A DNA stretch of 64,000 nt from Paramecium tetraurelia (lineage: Eukaryota). A program made the translations under genes and the position numbers. The DNA is taken from NCBI GenBank assembly GCA_000165425.1, contig CT868677.1, forward strand, positions 186,001 to 250,000, given 5' to 3'. Numbering within the stretch: position 1 is the stretch's first letter; the number at the start of each line of letters is the position of its first letter. The notes under the pieces were generated by a model that saw nothing but the letters and a program-made list of their open reading frames with translations, was not told where the DNA came from and did no database searches. Below are positions 13,022 through 28,792 of this stretch, piece after piece.

Positions 13022-14813
13022 TCATTCCTACTCAATAACTAGGTTCTGTTTCTTTAGTTCTTCCAAGTCCTTGTCAGATATTTAAATGTAATTTCCTTTT
13101 TCATCCAATAGATAATTTCCATTCTCATCCATAAGATACCCATCCTCATCTAATTAGTAAACGATTTCTTCGGCACTTTGATCCTAATGATGTCTCTATT
13201 ATTATGCTAAGTTTCTCATTTGGCTGGCTAAAAAGTTTAAATGCAAATGATGTACTTCGAGATTTTCTACCACCTGTGGCTACATTCTAATTCTTAATTG
13301 GGCCTAATTGTTCTTTAGATTACTATTAAGAATATTTCTTCTATTAGTTCGAAAGATTTAAATTTGATTTTGATTGAGAAGTTTAAGGTTGTTAATCTCT
13401 TTCTTTTGATTTTTGCATCAACGATCGTAAACCACCTGAAGACTATAATATGGATGTTATGTACTTTAATTATTTCTTGGCTGTCGTTTCTATTGAGTGA
13501 TTGCTCCTGCTTAAAGAAATAACTATCATTATTTTTTAACATTGAACTATCATTTGATAATTAAGATTAAGATTTCTTTAGATTTTATAGCTATCTCTCA
13601 TATTCTTATTATTATTTCATCCTTGATTATCTTTGTTGTTCCTCTTAGCTTTTAATCTATTGCATTTTCTTCTCGTATTCCTACTTCATTCTAACATCAT
13701 CATAAAAATTAGGTATTGGACTTGCTGTGATAGGATTGGGAGATGTTTTGATTAAGAGAGGCATTTTGGAGATGTCTCTATTTTATTAAGTGGAAGGTGA
13801 TTTCATTTCTGAAGTCAATGGTTCTGCTACATTTTATGCTAATTCACTTCTTGAAGATTTTTCGTATTCACTTCTAGATGATTTATTTTAGGCCAACTCA
13901 CTGCTTTATTCCTCTTTGATTAAGATTGGTTTGATTGAACTAGCAGGTAATGAGGAATGCTATTAATGATTAGGTTTTTGTTGTGACCACTGAACTTAAA
14001 ATTAATCAAAGCTTAATTCTCTTTTTAATTTTGGTTTCTATTCAGTTTCCGCCAACTTTTTTTCTATATTTTTGATACTTGCAGTCATATAATTAAGAGC
14101 ATCTTCTTATCTTTTTAAATATTCAATAGGGACTTCAGCATTATCGAAAGTTAACTTTCTAACACTGTGATTTGGAGTTTATTTTTAGGCTGTTTATTGT
14201 ATTTTAGATATAGTAGAAAGTTGTTAATTCAAGGTATTTTCAAACAGATTTATTTTAGCATTTGATGATTCTTAACTTATTGCTAGTTTTTCTAATAGTT
14301 TTTATTTTTATTGGAATAACTTCATTATATTTTATTCCATTTCAGCTGATTTCCTTGTTAGTTCTTCAACCATTATTACAGTTTCAGAATGAATTTTCTT
14401 TTCGATTTATTCCATCTGGAACAAAACTGTATTGGTTGTTCTAGAGACTTTCTCTACTGCAGTTTGATGATGTTATTGATTCTCTTCCTTCAAAATCTGC
14501 ATCTGTCTTGTTTATTATCTTTCATATTTTATAAGATTAAATACTATTGCAATTGATCAAATTGATTTTAAAAGGCTTTAGTTTTTTGTTCTAAGAAATT
14601 CCTCAAGTAAGTAGTTTCTTCTCTAAATATTTTAAGAGGAGTATATTTTTCAATGGCCAACTACAGATCCTCATTTCTTTAAGCAACCAACAATTAAATT
14701 TAAGATATTTTGTTATCCTGTAGTTCCAATTTCTTTTCCAATCTCTAATTTAGAGTGAATAGTTCCTATATATGTTTTTGACACAATATTAAAGAGCTAA
14801 GTTGATCATCCAT
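13022..14813 (-). CDS. Hypothetical coiled-coil/low-complexity protein with C-terminal LDEDGYLMDENGNYLLDEKG motif
   Basis: ATG 14813, long Q/K/E-rich frame, TGA at 13022-13024. Confidence 0.7.
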
Positions 14814-14846
14814 TTATCGTTAATAATTAAATTATATATATATATA

Positions 14847-16969
14847 TCAATAATTAAAATTTCTTCTTTTCCTTCTCATTCTTCTCAACACTATCCTAAC
14901 CCATTTTGGTTTACAATTGATTGTTTATTGTACAATATATTTCAAACCTAATGAAAAATGTTCAATGATAAATAATAGAATAAGAATGTTTTCCCAATCG
15001 CATCCTGTTTTCTAACAAGTATCAAATACATTGAAATAAGCTAAAGCTATAAAGGCTGTGTTTGTGTATATTGATAAAACTGATAGAGTCATCAAAACAC
15101 TTCTCCATTCACCTATACTATAAGCCTTTTTGGGTAGGTTTCGTTAGTATAATTTATTACTTAATATAATATCAATGTTTACGCTAATTTGAATTTGTCA
15201 CTCCATATCTCAATAAAATTGAAAATATATGTGAGAGCAGCAGCCAGAGGAAAAATAGCTGCAAACAATACTATGTATCCATATTGAAATATGACTTCAA
15301 TATAATCATCGAAATCATCATATTCCCAGAGTTCAAGTTCTGCCTAAAGGAGTTGATAAATTAAGACATACAATTCTATCAACAATCTTTTCATTAATGT
15401 CTTCCTTCTTTTATAGGTTCAAGCAGTACTATTCCTTTTGTTTTTCATACTGCTACTTCATTAACATTGGCAATAGAGATTCCAATAGAACTCTTCTTAT
15501 TTGATCCATTACAAACAACTTAATCAAGAGACTCCTTAGAGTTGGTATATCAAATTCGATGAATGCAATATAGAATAAGTGAAAGAATCTATTGATTAAT
15601 TCAAATAAGAATCGTTTTAGAATTAAAGAATTATAAAACCTCAAGTTAGTTCTATGATTTTCTCGTTTGGTTGAATTAATGCAAACCTTTGTATACAGAG
15701 TGTTGATGTAGAATATCAATAAGATAGTGAAGATGTCTAAAATATTAGTAGTGTATTTATAATATAACAGACCTCCCTCTTGATTCAGCTAAGCTGCAAC
15801 CTTGATGTAGAAGATACTGCTTTCATTCCTGATGAGCCCATTGATGTTGAATACAACAATTTTAATCAAGCCAGCAATAATGAGAATTGGGATGGCTTCG
15901 AATAAGGATACCATATAGTAGAATATCCTGCTACTTGTTGGATAGCCATTCTTGACCATTCCCGTGATATAATTCATCTTGGGTGTACCTTTATATTCAG
16001 GGTTCAGATCTAATCTTTTTATGTGTTATTAACCGAACACTCCCCATTCAATACTTAACTCATTCTCCTTTCTCCGCCAAGCAATAATGAAGAATGTTGA
16101 CCATACCATGTTGAGTACTGCATAGAAACTAGCTACATTGGTGATTTTAAAGAGACTACTTTGATGATCTACAATTAAAGTGATGATAGCAGCTAAAGCC
16201 AAATACTTAAGCATAGATTAATAGAAGTTCATGAACTCGAAATAGACTGCTAAGTTGCCTCCAAAATATCTCTCTATGTCAGATACTGTGTTGAGTGAGA
16301 CAATTTCATCATGAATTGGAGTTACTTATAATAAATATTCTTCCGTTTTTAGAAAATGAATCATGTCCAAGTCTCCAATTTTAATAGTATGTAAGTAATT
16401 GTATATTATAAGTAAAGTCTCAGAAGGACTAAATATTTTAATGACTTCAGAGTCTTCATTATGTAAACAGAAGTCACTTTTTAAGTGGTATTTAAATTTT
16501 TAATAATTTTCTAATTCCACTATTCTCTTATCAATTTAATTTAAAGCCATAACTAACCTCTCATCCAATATTTTCTTTACATTTATCTTCTCAGCTATCT
16601 TTCTATATACTTCGTGCATTTATGTATGTGAACGGTCAATAACTAACTATTTAATGTTTTTGTACTTACTTTATAAAGTTGCATCAACTCTGCCTATTCC
16701 AAAATGATTTTCGGATCCCAAATACATATGAATAAGAGAATCTTATCATTCTATAGATTCCTGGTCTTGTAAGATTGAAATCCATGATTGAAGAGTATAT
16801 TCACAATCTATTCAAGTTATTCCTGAGTGGTGGCTTTTGAGAATTACATAACAAATTGAAACTTCACATCTTAATAGGATTGCTCCAGGGACTATTTGGT
16901 TGGTAAAGTAAAGCTCTTGTTGTTGGTTATGTTATGTTGTTTGGCCAGCTGATGGAATACTTATTTCAT
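14847..16969 (-). CDS. Anoctamin/TMEM16 family protein (ANO10-like scramblase or chloride channel)
   Basis: IERYFGGNLAVYFEFMNFY, WSTFFIIAWRRKENELSIEWG, TKRENHRT..FYNSLILKRFLFELIN, FDDYIEVIFQYGYIVLFAAIFPLA, RNLPKKAYSIGEW. Confidence 0.92.
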
Positions 16970-17004
16970 CAATTAAATTAATTATAAAAAACTAATACCC
17001 AAAC

Positions 17005-18940
17005 ATGAATTAATTAGATGAAGTAGTCAAGTTCGCCCTCTATTAATGTAGAGCTAGAAACAATCCCATCACTGAAACTCTTGCATCTTATGTTGCATAG
17101 ACAATTCTCAATAAAAGTAAATATTTTCATATCATCGAAGGAACTAATAAATTTTATCTGGAGGAGAAACTCAATGAAAGTGAATTGAATGAATTGAAAA
17201 ATGAGACACTCAATAAACTCAGCAATTAAAATGCTCCAGATCTAAAAACTATCCAATTACAAATATGTAACAATCTATCCTAATTATCAAGAATATGATA
17301 GTGCCTACGTTGAAATGGAATTATAAAGACAAGAGAAAATCAAGAAGCAATCCAATGAGACTGGAAAATACATTGATGATGTTGTGACTCTGGAAATTAA
17401 GAATGCCAAAGATTTTGAAGGCTTGACCACCTTATATACTAAAATGTTTCATTATTTGATATACAAGAATAAAGAATTGATTGAAGATCCTATTAATTTT
17501 GATGCCTAAGCTCAATTCAATATGGACAAAGGTATCATTTTATTACTATTCCCATTAGAAGTTGGAGCTGCCTTAGAAAGTGTTATTCCAAGAGCTGCCT
17601 TAGGACCTTTTGTGTCCTTGAATCCCTCAGAAAAAGTAACTCAATTAGTGGAATTGGCCAATCTAGTCATTGGAATTAGATTGTTCAATAAGAAAATCGG
17701 AAAGGGAGGAGTTTCATTAAGTTCCTTAGAAGATCTTACCAAATACAATGCTCGAGAATTATCAGACTAAATCAAACAAATTGCTCTAGAAACAATAGAA
17801 TAATGCGAAATATACACTACTTTCTTCATCAATCAAGACAAATTTCAAATGAACAATGAAGACATTGAAAAATATAAGGATGAATTGGCCTTTCTTAGAT
17901 AATACTTATCTTACATCTTATCATTACAAGAGGATATTGAATAAAGCGAAGCCATGATCGAACAAAATAGAATCAGATTCATCAAAGAAATGGAGGACCT
18001 TAAAAAACTATTGGAACATAAATCCTCTGCTCCTAAAGAATAAGTCTATCCTAAATTTGCATTGTTAGCTCAAAGTCACATCGGACTATTTGAAGACAAG
18101 TAAATATCAATTGAGAGAGTTGAACTATTCCGATTGTTGGTAGATCTAAAAAAAATGATGAAACTTTCTATGCCCTTAGCAATATAAAAATAATGTAAAT
18201 AGATGGAATCAACGTAACCTGATAATCTAGCCTTAATTAATTATCAACCAGAATCAGGAGTTTAAAGATTATTACCTTAAAATACTCCTGATTTTATGCA
18301 AACATAATTAGATTATTTCGGTTTCTGTATTTGGTCAGTAGTAAAAAAGAATGGTTTACTTATCCCTGGAAAACCATCTTTGGGTGTGTTCAGATACAGA
18401 GACAAGAATTGTGTGTTTAGCAATGAAATAGCTATCAATGAATTTTTGTCAGAACCACAGAGATATTTAACAGGAGTGATTGATATTTGTAGATAGAAAC
18501 CACACCTAATCAGATTATTTAGAGTGGAAGAGAATTTCAAGAATCTCAATCTGAAACTAACATTTGAAAGTGGAAGTTTATTATCTAATAAATTAATGGT
18601 GGACAAAGATGTTCAAACTCCTGTTCATTTTATTGAAAAGAATCTTGATCCAAATTATTGTTGGAATGAATGGGAATTGAGAAGAAAAGTACTTATTCTC
18701 ATATTTATTAGGCTATACAAATGGCTAATATCAGAAAAAGATAGACTAAGGCATCTTAGACTATTTTAAGCAATTTCAAAGTTGATAGTGAAGTAATTAC
18801 TATTTATCTTATCTTAATAGGCTTAAGTTTATGAAATGAAAGATCAATCTACTTCAACAGGATAAAATAAAGGATTGAATCCATTAAGACCAAGGAACTA
18901 TATTGTTGGTCTTAGAGATAAAACATATAACCAGCAATGA
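17005..18940 (+). CDS. CFAP206: Cilia- and flagella-associated protein 206
   Basis: EVGAALESVIPRAALGPFVSLNPSEKVTQLVELANLVIGIRLFNKKIGKGG, APKEQVYPKF, QTPVHFIEKNLDPNYCWNEWELRRK, PRNYIVGLR. Several tiny introns. Confidence 0.9.
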
Positions 18941-19078
18941 AATTAATGTATATTTTCAGAAATATTTAACAATTACTCATTTCTTAAGACTATCTATATC
19001 AATTATGAATCTGATTTTATAATCTCAATTAAAATATATGATGCAAACTTTATATTATTTTAATTAATTATTTATATT

Positions 19079-19575
19079 ATGTCACATACTGAATAATCAG
19101 AAATGCATCCTGGAATGTAAATGATGGATATGAGAATGTATATGATAATAAATTGGGATTATAAAGTTCGATTTGTCTTTAATACGTACTTCATTCACTT
19201 ATTACTATTAGTTGGAAATCAACTACATAAGGAGAATTTGTTGGTGGACTATTTGTCACTATGTTTTTCTGTGCTTTCCTTTGTTTATTGCCAGTTTTAA
19301 AAGGGTTTGCAGAGAGATAGAAGTATGCATTCATATAACAAGATCTTTATTTTTGAAGATAGTATGGCAATTACTAGCTGCTTCATAGTCATCTATTACA
19401 ATGTTTTTGTTGATGACTGTTAACGGTAAATAATAAGGATATAATAAAAGGTTGGGTTTTTCTTGCAATGGCCCTTGGTATCGGATTTGGAAGTTTTATA
19501 TTCTATCCTCAAATGCCCATTAGCGAAAAACATTAAAGAGAAGACGATCAATAGGTATTGGAAAGAGTAAATTGA
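19079..19575 (+). CDS. Ctr family copper transporter
   Basis: Met-rich N-terminus MHPGMQMMDMRMYM, (F)NTWKSTTQGEFVGG, TM2 MFLLMT (MxxxM), TM3 GIGFG (GxxxG); short introns. Confidence 0.85.
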
Positions 19576-20242
19576 TTTATTAACTATTAATTGAAATTTA
19601 TTTTCATCGTCATTAGATACAATATTACAATTAGTTCTATTCATTCACATTTATAGTAATTTCATATGTATTCATTGTTACTTAATACAAAACTTAGAGT
19701 AAGTAGCAAAATCAAAGACTAGTGCTTTTGAAATGTAAATTTTTGCAAGTATTTAGAATAATTTTACATATACAAAATATTTATATTTATTTTAATACTA
19801 ATATATTAAAATCTAATAAATTAATCTCTTAAAAAAAAGTCCAAACTTTAGGGAATTCAAAGATAAATATAGATTATTCGTACAAACATTCATCATTTCT
19901 TAAGATACACAGAATATCTTAAGCGAATTTGAAAACTCTATGAAATGGGATTCAGATATAATTTAGGGCAATGAATAAAGTAAAAATGAACTGAATAATT
20001 TAAATTTAAATTAATTCATTATTAATATTTAATTAATCAAAATTCAAAGAGAATGCTAAAGGAAGTGATCTAAATTCTGATTTAAATAATAATAGGATGA
20101 TAAAATTTGTAATTTGAATACTGTATTTTTGTGGTAGAATAAATATTATTATGTCTTTAGGATACAAATAATAATTAAAATAACAAATAAAAATTAGTAA
20201 TTTGAATTTGCAGTGCCAATGAAAAATGAAAAGAAATAATAT

Positions 20243-20829
20243 TCACTTAATTTTTGTTAATAGTTCTCTGGGAGCTAAGGTCAATTTGGGAGGCTCTCTA
20301 TTTATGTTAAATTTTTCTGCATATTTATTGATTAAATCTTAATCAGGATTACCAAAACGATTGATCATATCCTCTCTCATGCGACCATATTTGAATTCCA
20401 TTTTAGTTTTTCTGAGTTCATCATCATTTTAAAAGAATTCATTCTATGTCATTTGAGGCTAGCAAAATAATTAATAATTTTACATACTCTAATAACTTTG
20501 TGCTGATTGAAGTCTTTGCTCATAGTTAAGTTTTAAGCAGGTGATTTTTCTAGTAGTTTATTATTTTTTATTTTTTTATCTGTTTTAATGCGAAAATTGT
20601 TATTTTAAAGTGGCGGAGCACGTGGCTATGCAACTTATGGATTGTCCCATTAATCTTCATTAATTTCCAGTACTCTAAAGTTGTTTCCTCGAAAGTATTG
20701 TTATAAAGTAATTCCATTTATTCTTGGAGCTTAACTTGATTCTTGTCTTTGATGACTTTGCGATACTAATCTACGCTTTTCCATTCGTGAGCATTTAGAT
20801 GTTTCAGGACGCATACCTAATTCTTCCAT
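20243..20829 (-). CDS. Hypothetical protein
   Basis: MEELGMRPETSKCSRMEKRRLVSQ..., one 29-nt intron, TGA at 20243-20245. Confidence 0.7.
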
Positions 20830-22022
20830 TTTATTAATTATTAATATTATATAATAAATCAAGGCACGAACACCTAAACAAAGTAATTAAATATTGTTTT
20901 GACTTTTGTCTAATTTTATGTTTACTCGAATAAGAAAAATACAAGAGTATTTTATTTTCTAAAGGATTACAGTAACCAAAAATTAGATTTGAATGTTTTT
21001 GAAAAATTTTATTAAAATTGTTTACCTTAAATTAACAAGACCATATAAAATCAAGGATTGCTATGTAAAATAATTGATATCATCTGAAAATTCAAATCAT
21101 ATCAGTTTACATTTGTGTTATTTTATTATTAATTCTACAATTAATTTGTTCTGCATACATATAATAAGCAAACAGAATTAATAATAATATTATTTCCATT
21201 TCATATTTAAATTTTGATTGGTTTATGTTCTAGTAATTTTAAGCTTTTCCTGATCCTTTAAATCTATGTATATGCTCTAGGTCAAAACTTTATGGTTATT
21301 AGAAAGAAGTACTTTACAATCAAATTGATCATCATTAATCAATTCTATTGTTCTACACTTCTCAAAATATTCTTCAAATCCACTTTTTAATGAAGAGACT
21401 ATTATAAAAACTCAAATTTGACAGTCTAATTTGATTATTAGTTATTAATTATACAAAATTAAAAATTAACTCAACTATCTTTAAAATTCATCTTCAATCG
21501 CAATTTCTAATAAAAATATCAAGCAATACTTTAATTGCTGTAATTAAATAAATCTCTTTTAAGAGAAATGACAATTAATCTTTTCTTAATTAATCTGTTA
21601 ATTTTAGAAAAGGTTATTAAATTATTAGATGGCTTAACCAGATCGATAATTTACATGCATTAAAATTATTTTAATTTTTATCTATGTTGAGAAATTCCTT
21701 TAAAATTTAAAATATTATTCTCGATCACACAAGTATTTTAAAATAAAAAACTATCTCTAGTCTTTAAATTCTTCATATTAAATCTAGCTAATAACTGTAT
21801 TATTGAGAAATAACACTTTCTTTGAGGGTATGGACTTTGAGAAAATAATTAATAAAAAATTATACTTCTTGAGTGTTTGAGTGTTTATTATTCTAGAATG
21901 ATTTTTTTGGGGATTAAAGAGTAAGATTGTTAAAATTAGATTGGGATAGAATTACAAATAAGTATATATTGGAAATATATTTATTTAGAGCAATAAATAA
22001 AAATAATAAAAGATATTATAGA

Positions 22023-23033
22023 ATGTCAACTCCAGAATCATTAAACCCAGCTCCACTTACTAGCCTTGGAGATCACTCTTACAAAAAGGTTTTGGAAGAC
22101 GACTATTCAACTGGAAAGTTGAACCTCAAATTTAAGGGAAACACAAAGAATTTGGGTACAGCCAATTACAAAGGATGGTTAGACATCGCCAAACAATAAT
22201 CTAAATAAGAGACTAAGTTCCAATTCCCATATAAGAAGTAAGAATCTATGAAATTATCAAAGCTAATTCGTATAAATCGCCACAAGAGAAGATGGAGCAA
22301 AAGTCCACGTTGACTTTGGATAGGTAGCCAAAGTAGGAGACAAAGCAAGAATTAATTTATTCGCCAATGCCAAGTTTGGTAGCTCTAATTTTGGATCTGC
22401 TATACTTAGATTTGGTGGAGTGACCTAATGGAATTAATTAACTCATCATTTACGTAAATTAAATAACATAAAACTAGGTTTTGAATATAATCCTACAAAT
22501 ACTACTGTGAATGCTTTGAGTAGAACTTTCTGGAAAAATCAAGATTGGGTAATTGCTTCTGCCGAAGATTTTCAAGTTTTGAGTGGATTTGGAATTAGAA
22601 GATTTGATTTTCTTGTTGGACGTCTTTCAAAGAATTATGATTTCTTTTTCAGATACTTGACTTAAGAGAAAACCATAGCCAAAGAATTAAATTAATTGAC
22701 AACTGGAAGAGTTCTTGTAGATGTTGTTTTCAGACAGAATAAATAAACCTTTGGATTAGAGGCAGAGTACAACTTGGCTAAATCTTCATTGAACGCCTTG
22801 GTTGGAGTTTCAACAAAGGTGGAAAAGGTTGATGTCAAAGCAAGAATCAATTTGACCTAATAGAAACTTGGTTTGAGTGGAAAAGGAAAATTAAATGACA
22901 GGTAAATATATAATAATATATGTGTAGATTCAATTGGACCCTATCAACTGAAGTACCACTCAATGGAACAGTCCCATAAAAATTAGGATATTTCCCACTC
23001 CCAGTTGGATTCACATTAGATGCATCATTATGA
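22023..23033 (+). CDS. VDAC: Mitochondrial porin / voltage-dependent anion channel family (Porin_3)
   Basis: N-terminal PAPLTSLGDHSYKKVLEDDY, alternating beta-strand pattern, KARIN, terminal beta-signal-like VGFTLDASL; three tiny introns. Confidence 0.75.
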
Positions 23034-23129
23034 TCAATATTAGTATATGTATAGAAATAAAATTTAATTGTGATTAATAAGTGGTAATTATTTCTAATAT
23101 ATATTTGTTATGTAATAAATAAAATCTAA

Positions 23130-24645
<1,516 letters not shown>

Positions 24646-25532
24646 AATAATTATTATTTAACTTATTTACTCATAATTAATAAAAATGTAGTATTAATCA
24701 GTATTATTAATAGTAAATTTGATCATTCAGTGAATACCATTCCTTATTATTGAATAGTCAATGCCGACCAAAATATTAATCAGAGTTATTTCAAATTTTT
24801 ATATAAATGTTCTAAAATTTAATATAATTATAATAAATCTTATCATGGATGTATCTAAGATTTCTGTAAATATTGGAAACTTCTCAAAAATTACCATTTA
24901 TTTTTCTACTTTATATCATACTTAATTGTAACACTACTAAGTTTATGAAAAACAATTAAATGATTTTTAAATATACATTTATATGATCATATTGTAATTT
25001 AATATCTACAGGATTGTAGTGAAAATCTTTTCATATTCTATTAAACTTGATGCAATATTGTTTTGTTAAGAAATATTTATAAATGAATTACATCTTTAAA
25101 GTTCAAATTAATATTATCTAATATGTTAATTTTTAATAAGATATTTATACAAAACGGGTGAATAGCCAAAAGGAGATCTTTCTAAAGGATAATAGAAGAT
25201 AATCTCAATTGAATTGTAAAGCAGTTTCTATGCAGTTTAATTTTGATTTTTAATCGAAATCTCTTCACATTAAACATAGACAAGCCTCTATATATTGTTA
25301 TACAATTTTACTCATTTAGACTAATGTATTTTAATAGAATAGTATTCTTTTTCTTATTCAATGTATATTTTAGGCGTTATTTAGATATATAATACAAATT
25401 TTAGATAAACAAGAGTGGTTGAATGGTTTAGAGTATTAAGGATTGTTGTTTTATTTAGTTATTATGGAAGTGATGAATGAATATAAATGATTATACTGGT
25501 GTTAGACAATTTAATTAAATAATTAATTAAAA

Positions 25533-26478
25533 ATGTCAAACTTGAATAAGCCACCTCTTGTAATTATCCATCCACTTGTATTGATCTCGGTAGTAGATCA
25601 CTATAATCGTATAATTTCCAAAACGCAACAACCCAGAGTAGTTGGAGCATTGTTGGGTACATAATCCAATTTGAATCTTAGGTGAAAGAAAAGCTGATGG
25701 TGTGATTGATATCACTAATAGTTATGCTCTCCCTTTTGAAGAGGATCCAAAGGATTAGAATATTTGGTATTTAGATCACATTTACAATGAAACACTATTT
25801 GAATTACATAGAAAGGTATGATCATCATCTCATAATACTCTAGATTAATATAAATGAGAAGATAGTTGGATGGTATTCTACAGGATCAAGATTCAAACCC
25901 AATGACATTCAAATCAATCAAATATTTTACAAGTACACATCTACTCCAATTTTCGTGATCATCGATGTTCATCAATTTGATCCATTGTCACTTCCAACTG
26001 AAGCTTATACATCAGTTGATGAAATCTCTAAATCAGGAGAGATAGTCTAAAACTTTGTGCATATTCCCTCCACTGTATAAGCATTTGAACCTGAAGAAAT
26101 AGGAGTCGAATAACTTTTAAGAGAAATCAATAATGTAGACACACAATCACTTTCAGCCAAGGCCGAACAGAAGATCAATGGAGTCAAAGGAATGAATAAG
26201 AAGATTGCTCAAATTTAATAATACTTAACTCTCATTTAATAAGGCAAAGTCAAACCTAATTAACTCATTATCAACAACCTACAAGTAACTACTCATAATA
26301 ACTCTAGGAAATTCTTAATTACTTACCAAATTTAGGTTCACAAGACGTGGTTCAAGCTTTCACTACCAAAAATAATGACAATATGTTGACCATATATTTG
26401 GCCTCATTAATGAGAAGCATCATTGCCTATCACAATTTAATCAATAATTAAGCTTAATAAGAGAAAAAAGTAAAGTGA
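25533..26478 (+). CDS. RPN8: 26S proteasome regulatory subunit Rpn8/PSMD7 (MPN domain)
   Basis: [67 protein letters not shown]; three introns. Confidence 0.95.
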
Positions 26479-26516
26479 TATTTAGTTCATATATATATAC
26501 CCATAAATCAATAAGG

Positions 26517-26986
26517 TCAACCAAATGTTTCAAAATCCGCATATTTTAAATATAAATGTTTATCTTCTTTATTTTGATATGTATCATATAAGGCTCCAAC
26601 AGTTATATCAGCTAACTATAAATTGTAATACTTACATTTCATCATGAGTAACTGATTATTGCAATACAAGAATATGCTTGTTGAAACATCGATTCCTGCA
26701 TTTTATTTAACATATTGCATTAATTCAACCAGAGTTTTATTTTTATTTATTGCAAATCTATAATGTAAATTGACTATTTATACAATTAAAATTAAGACAA
26801 CTTGTCATTTTATTTTTAAATCTTAGCTTTTCTGTGCCTCTCCAAAACAACCAGAATTCTTTCTTCACCTGTATGCTTTATAACTTTTTCGTATTTTTCC
26901 AACCTTTATTCATTAGTATATGCTTTCTTATATTCGAATTCGTTGTCATTAACCATTCCCATTACATTGAGTTTTTTTTAAATCAT
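26517..26986 (-). CDS. ATG8: Atg8/LC3 family ubiquitin-like protein, divergent
   Basis: FEYKKAYTNEQRLEKY..ERILVVLERH, SIFLYCNNQL, TVGALYDTYQNKEDKHLYLKYADFETFG-stop; two introns. Confidence 0.85.
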
Positions 26987-27045
26987 ACTTATAGAATTTT
27001 AATTATACAAAAAATAATTTAATTCAAAAGTACAAAAATTAGAAT

Positions 27046-28782
27046 TCATTCCATGTTCTTTTTATCTGTTATTCTCATGACATTACTAAATTTCATAGAC
27101 ATTTCGGCAAATTTATCATCATCCTCTAATTCTTTTAATTTACTAAATATGTTATTATAATACTTCAATAAATAACCTGATGAAGAATACATCAAATTGG
27201 ATAATTCTCCAAATTATTAGAGAGTATTCTTCTCAAACTTTGATCTTGAGATGTTTAAATAGGCTCTCAATTATTCTTATTCTTCCTTGCTCTTCTTTAG
27301 TTTACTTTAAACATATTGATGTTTCTCAAAATATTTCATCGAATCTTTTTCCTAAAAATTGGGAAATAAGAGATTACTTAGCTTTTTCGATTAAATTGCA
27401 TATTCTCTAAATGATCCTTAAAACTTTGAGATCTCTACTCCTTCCAAATCTTCTAATCTTCATTCTTTTTTGACCTGAATTTCTCAATTCTTTCTTAAAT
27501 GCTGCTAACTTTCTACATCCATTCAGCCACCTTCTCCTATTAACGTTCTTCAGATTCTTGATATCTTTTCCTATGTCTTGAAAATCGTTATTCCAATTAT
27601 TTTCTTTTATGAAACTAAAATCTTGAGAGTTATTTATCATGTTCCTCTTATTATTTTTCTGCTTTCTCCATTCTTTATCCAACTCTATTGAATAATTCAA
27701 ATTCTTTCTCTTCCTGGTGTTATTTTATCTTTTAATTTATCTAATTAAGTTTCTATTCAAAAATCTATTATTTCTCAATTTTATTTTTTTCCATTTATTC
27801 TGCTGTCATCTATCTGAAATCAAAAGATTGATCCATCTCTGATTGTCTTTTAAAGAGTTCTTCAACCATGCGATTTTCAAAATCATCCTTAACATGACTT
27901 ATCTTCTCTTCTAATTTACGATTTCTATTCGCAATTTCAGATACCTATTTAGCTCTTTATTTTTATATCAAAATATCCCTAACATTAATATCTCAAATAT
28001 ATAACCTAGCTTCTAATTTCTCTTGAAATGATTTAGATTTTCTCAATCCTTCCTCCAGTTGATCACTCATATTATTCCTATAGTTCTTCAACTTTTAAGA
28101 CACTTTATTATTCTCAACGGCTGCCTTCTTTCTCAATTCTTGAAATATCTTCTTCCTGCTAGCCAAACTCTTCTCTTCTTTCAAATGACTCTCTTGTATT
28201 GATAATCTTCTTTCCAACTCCAACCTGATGGCTTCTTTGGCAAAACAATCCTGTATTTTCTGCTCTTTATTTCGTTCTTCCTCTATTTGTTGCAATTTTT
28301 GATCATATGTTAACGCCTAATTTCGAAATTACTTTTTCTTTAGGACTGGTTCTGGCCACTTACTAAAGAATTATAATGATATTTATTACTATCCTCTAAG
28401 TTCATCCTCCTCTCTTTGACGTCTCTGAAGTTCCACCTTGATGCGCTTCCGTTCTGCATATAAATTCTAAAAATCACCTAAGTTTCAATTGGTAGCTTAC
28501 TAACAAGCTCAACTAGATAATTCTGATACGTCTTCTGGAGATCACTTTCGCTGTAGGATTGCTTTTGACTGTCAAAGTTGAATCGCATCTCGAATTTATT
28601 CCTACTCATTAAAGTGCTATGTGAAACTTTCTTCTGAAGTGATAACGATCTTGTCCCAAACTTTCCATTGCTTTTTAAGTCAACGGAGATTCTGGACGAT
28701 ACTTCAATTCGTAACCTTGGACAAGGGCAATCAGTTTACGAATTTCTGGAATGTTGTTAAATTTGGGTTCTGTAAAAAACAT
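27046..28782 (-). CDS. Long coiled-coil protein (CCDC177/DUF4659-like N-terminus)
   Basis: SPLTQKAMESLG near the N-terminus, then extended E/K/R/Q heptads; several tiny introns; TGA at 27046-27048. Confidence 0.65.
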
Positions 28783-28792
28783 AATTGAAGAA

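Noticed and set aside
14833..14847. (TA)n run as an IES or transposon footprint
   Set aside because: It is a short TA run in a 33-bp intergenic spacer with no IES-like inverted ends.
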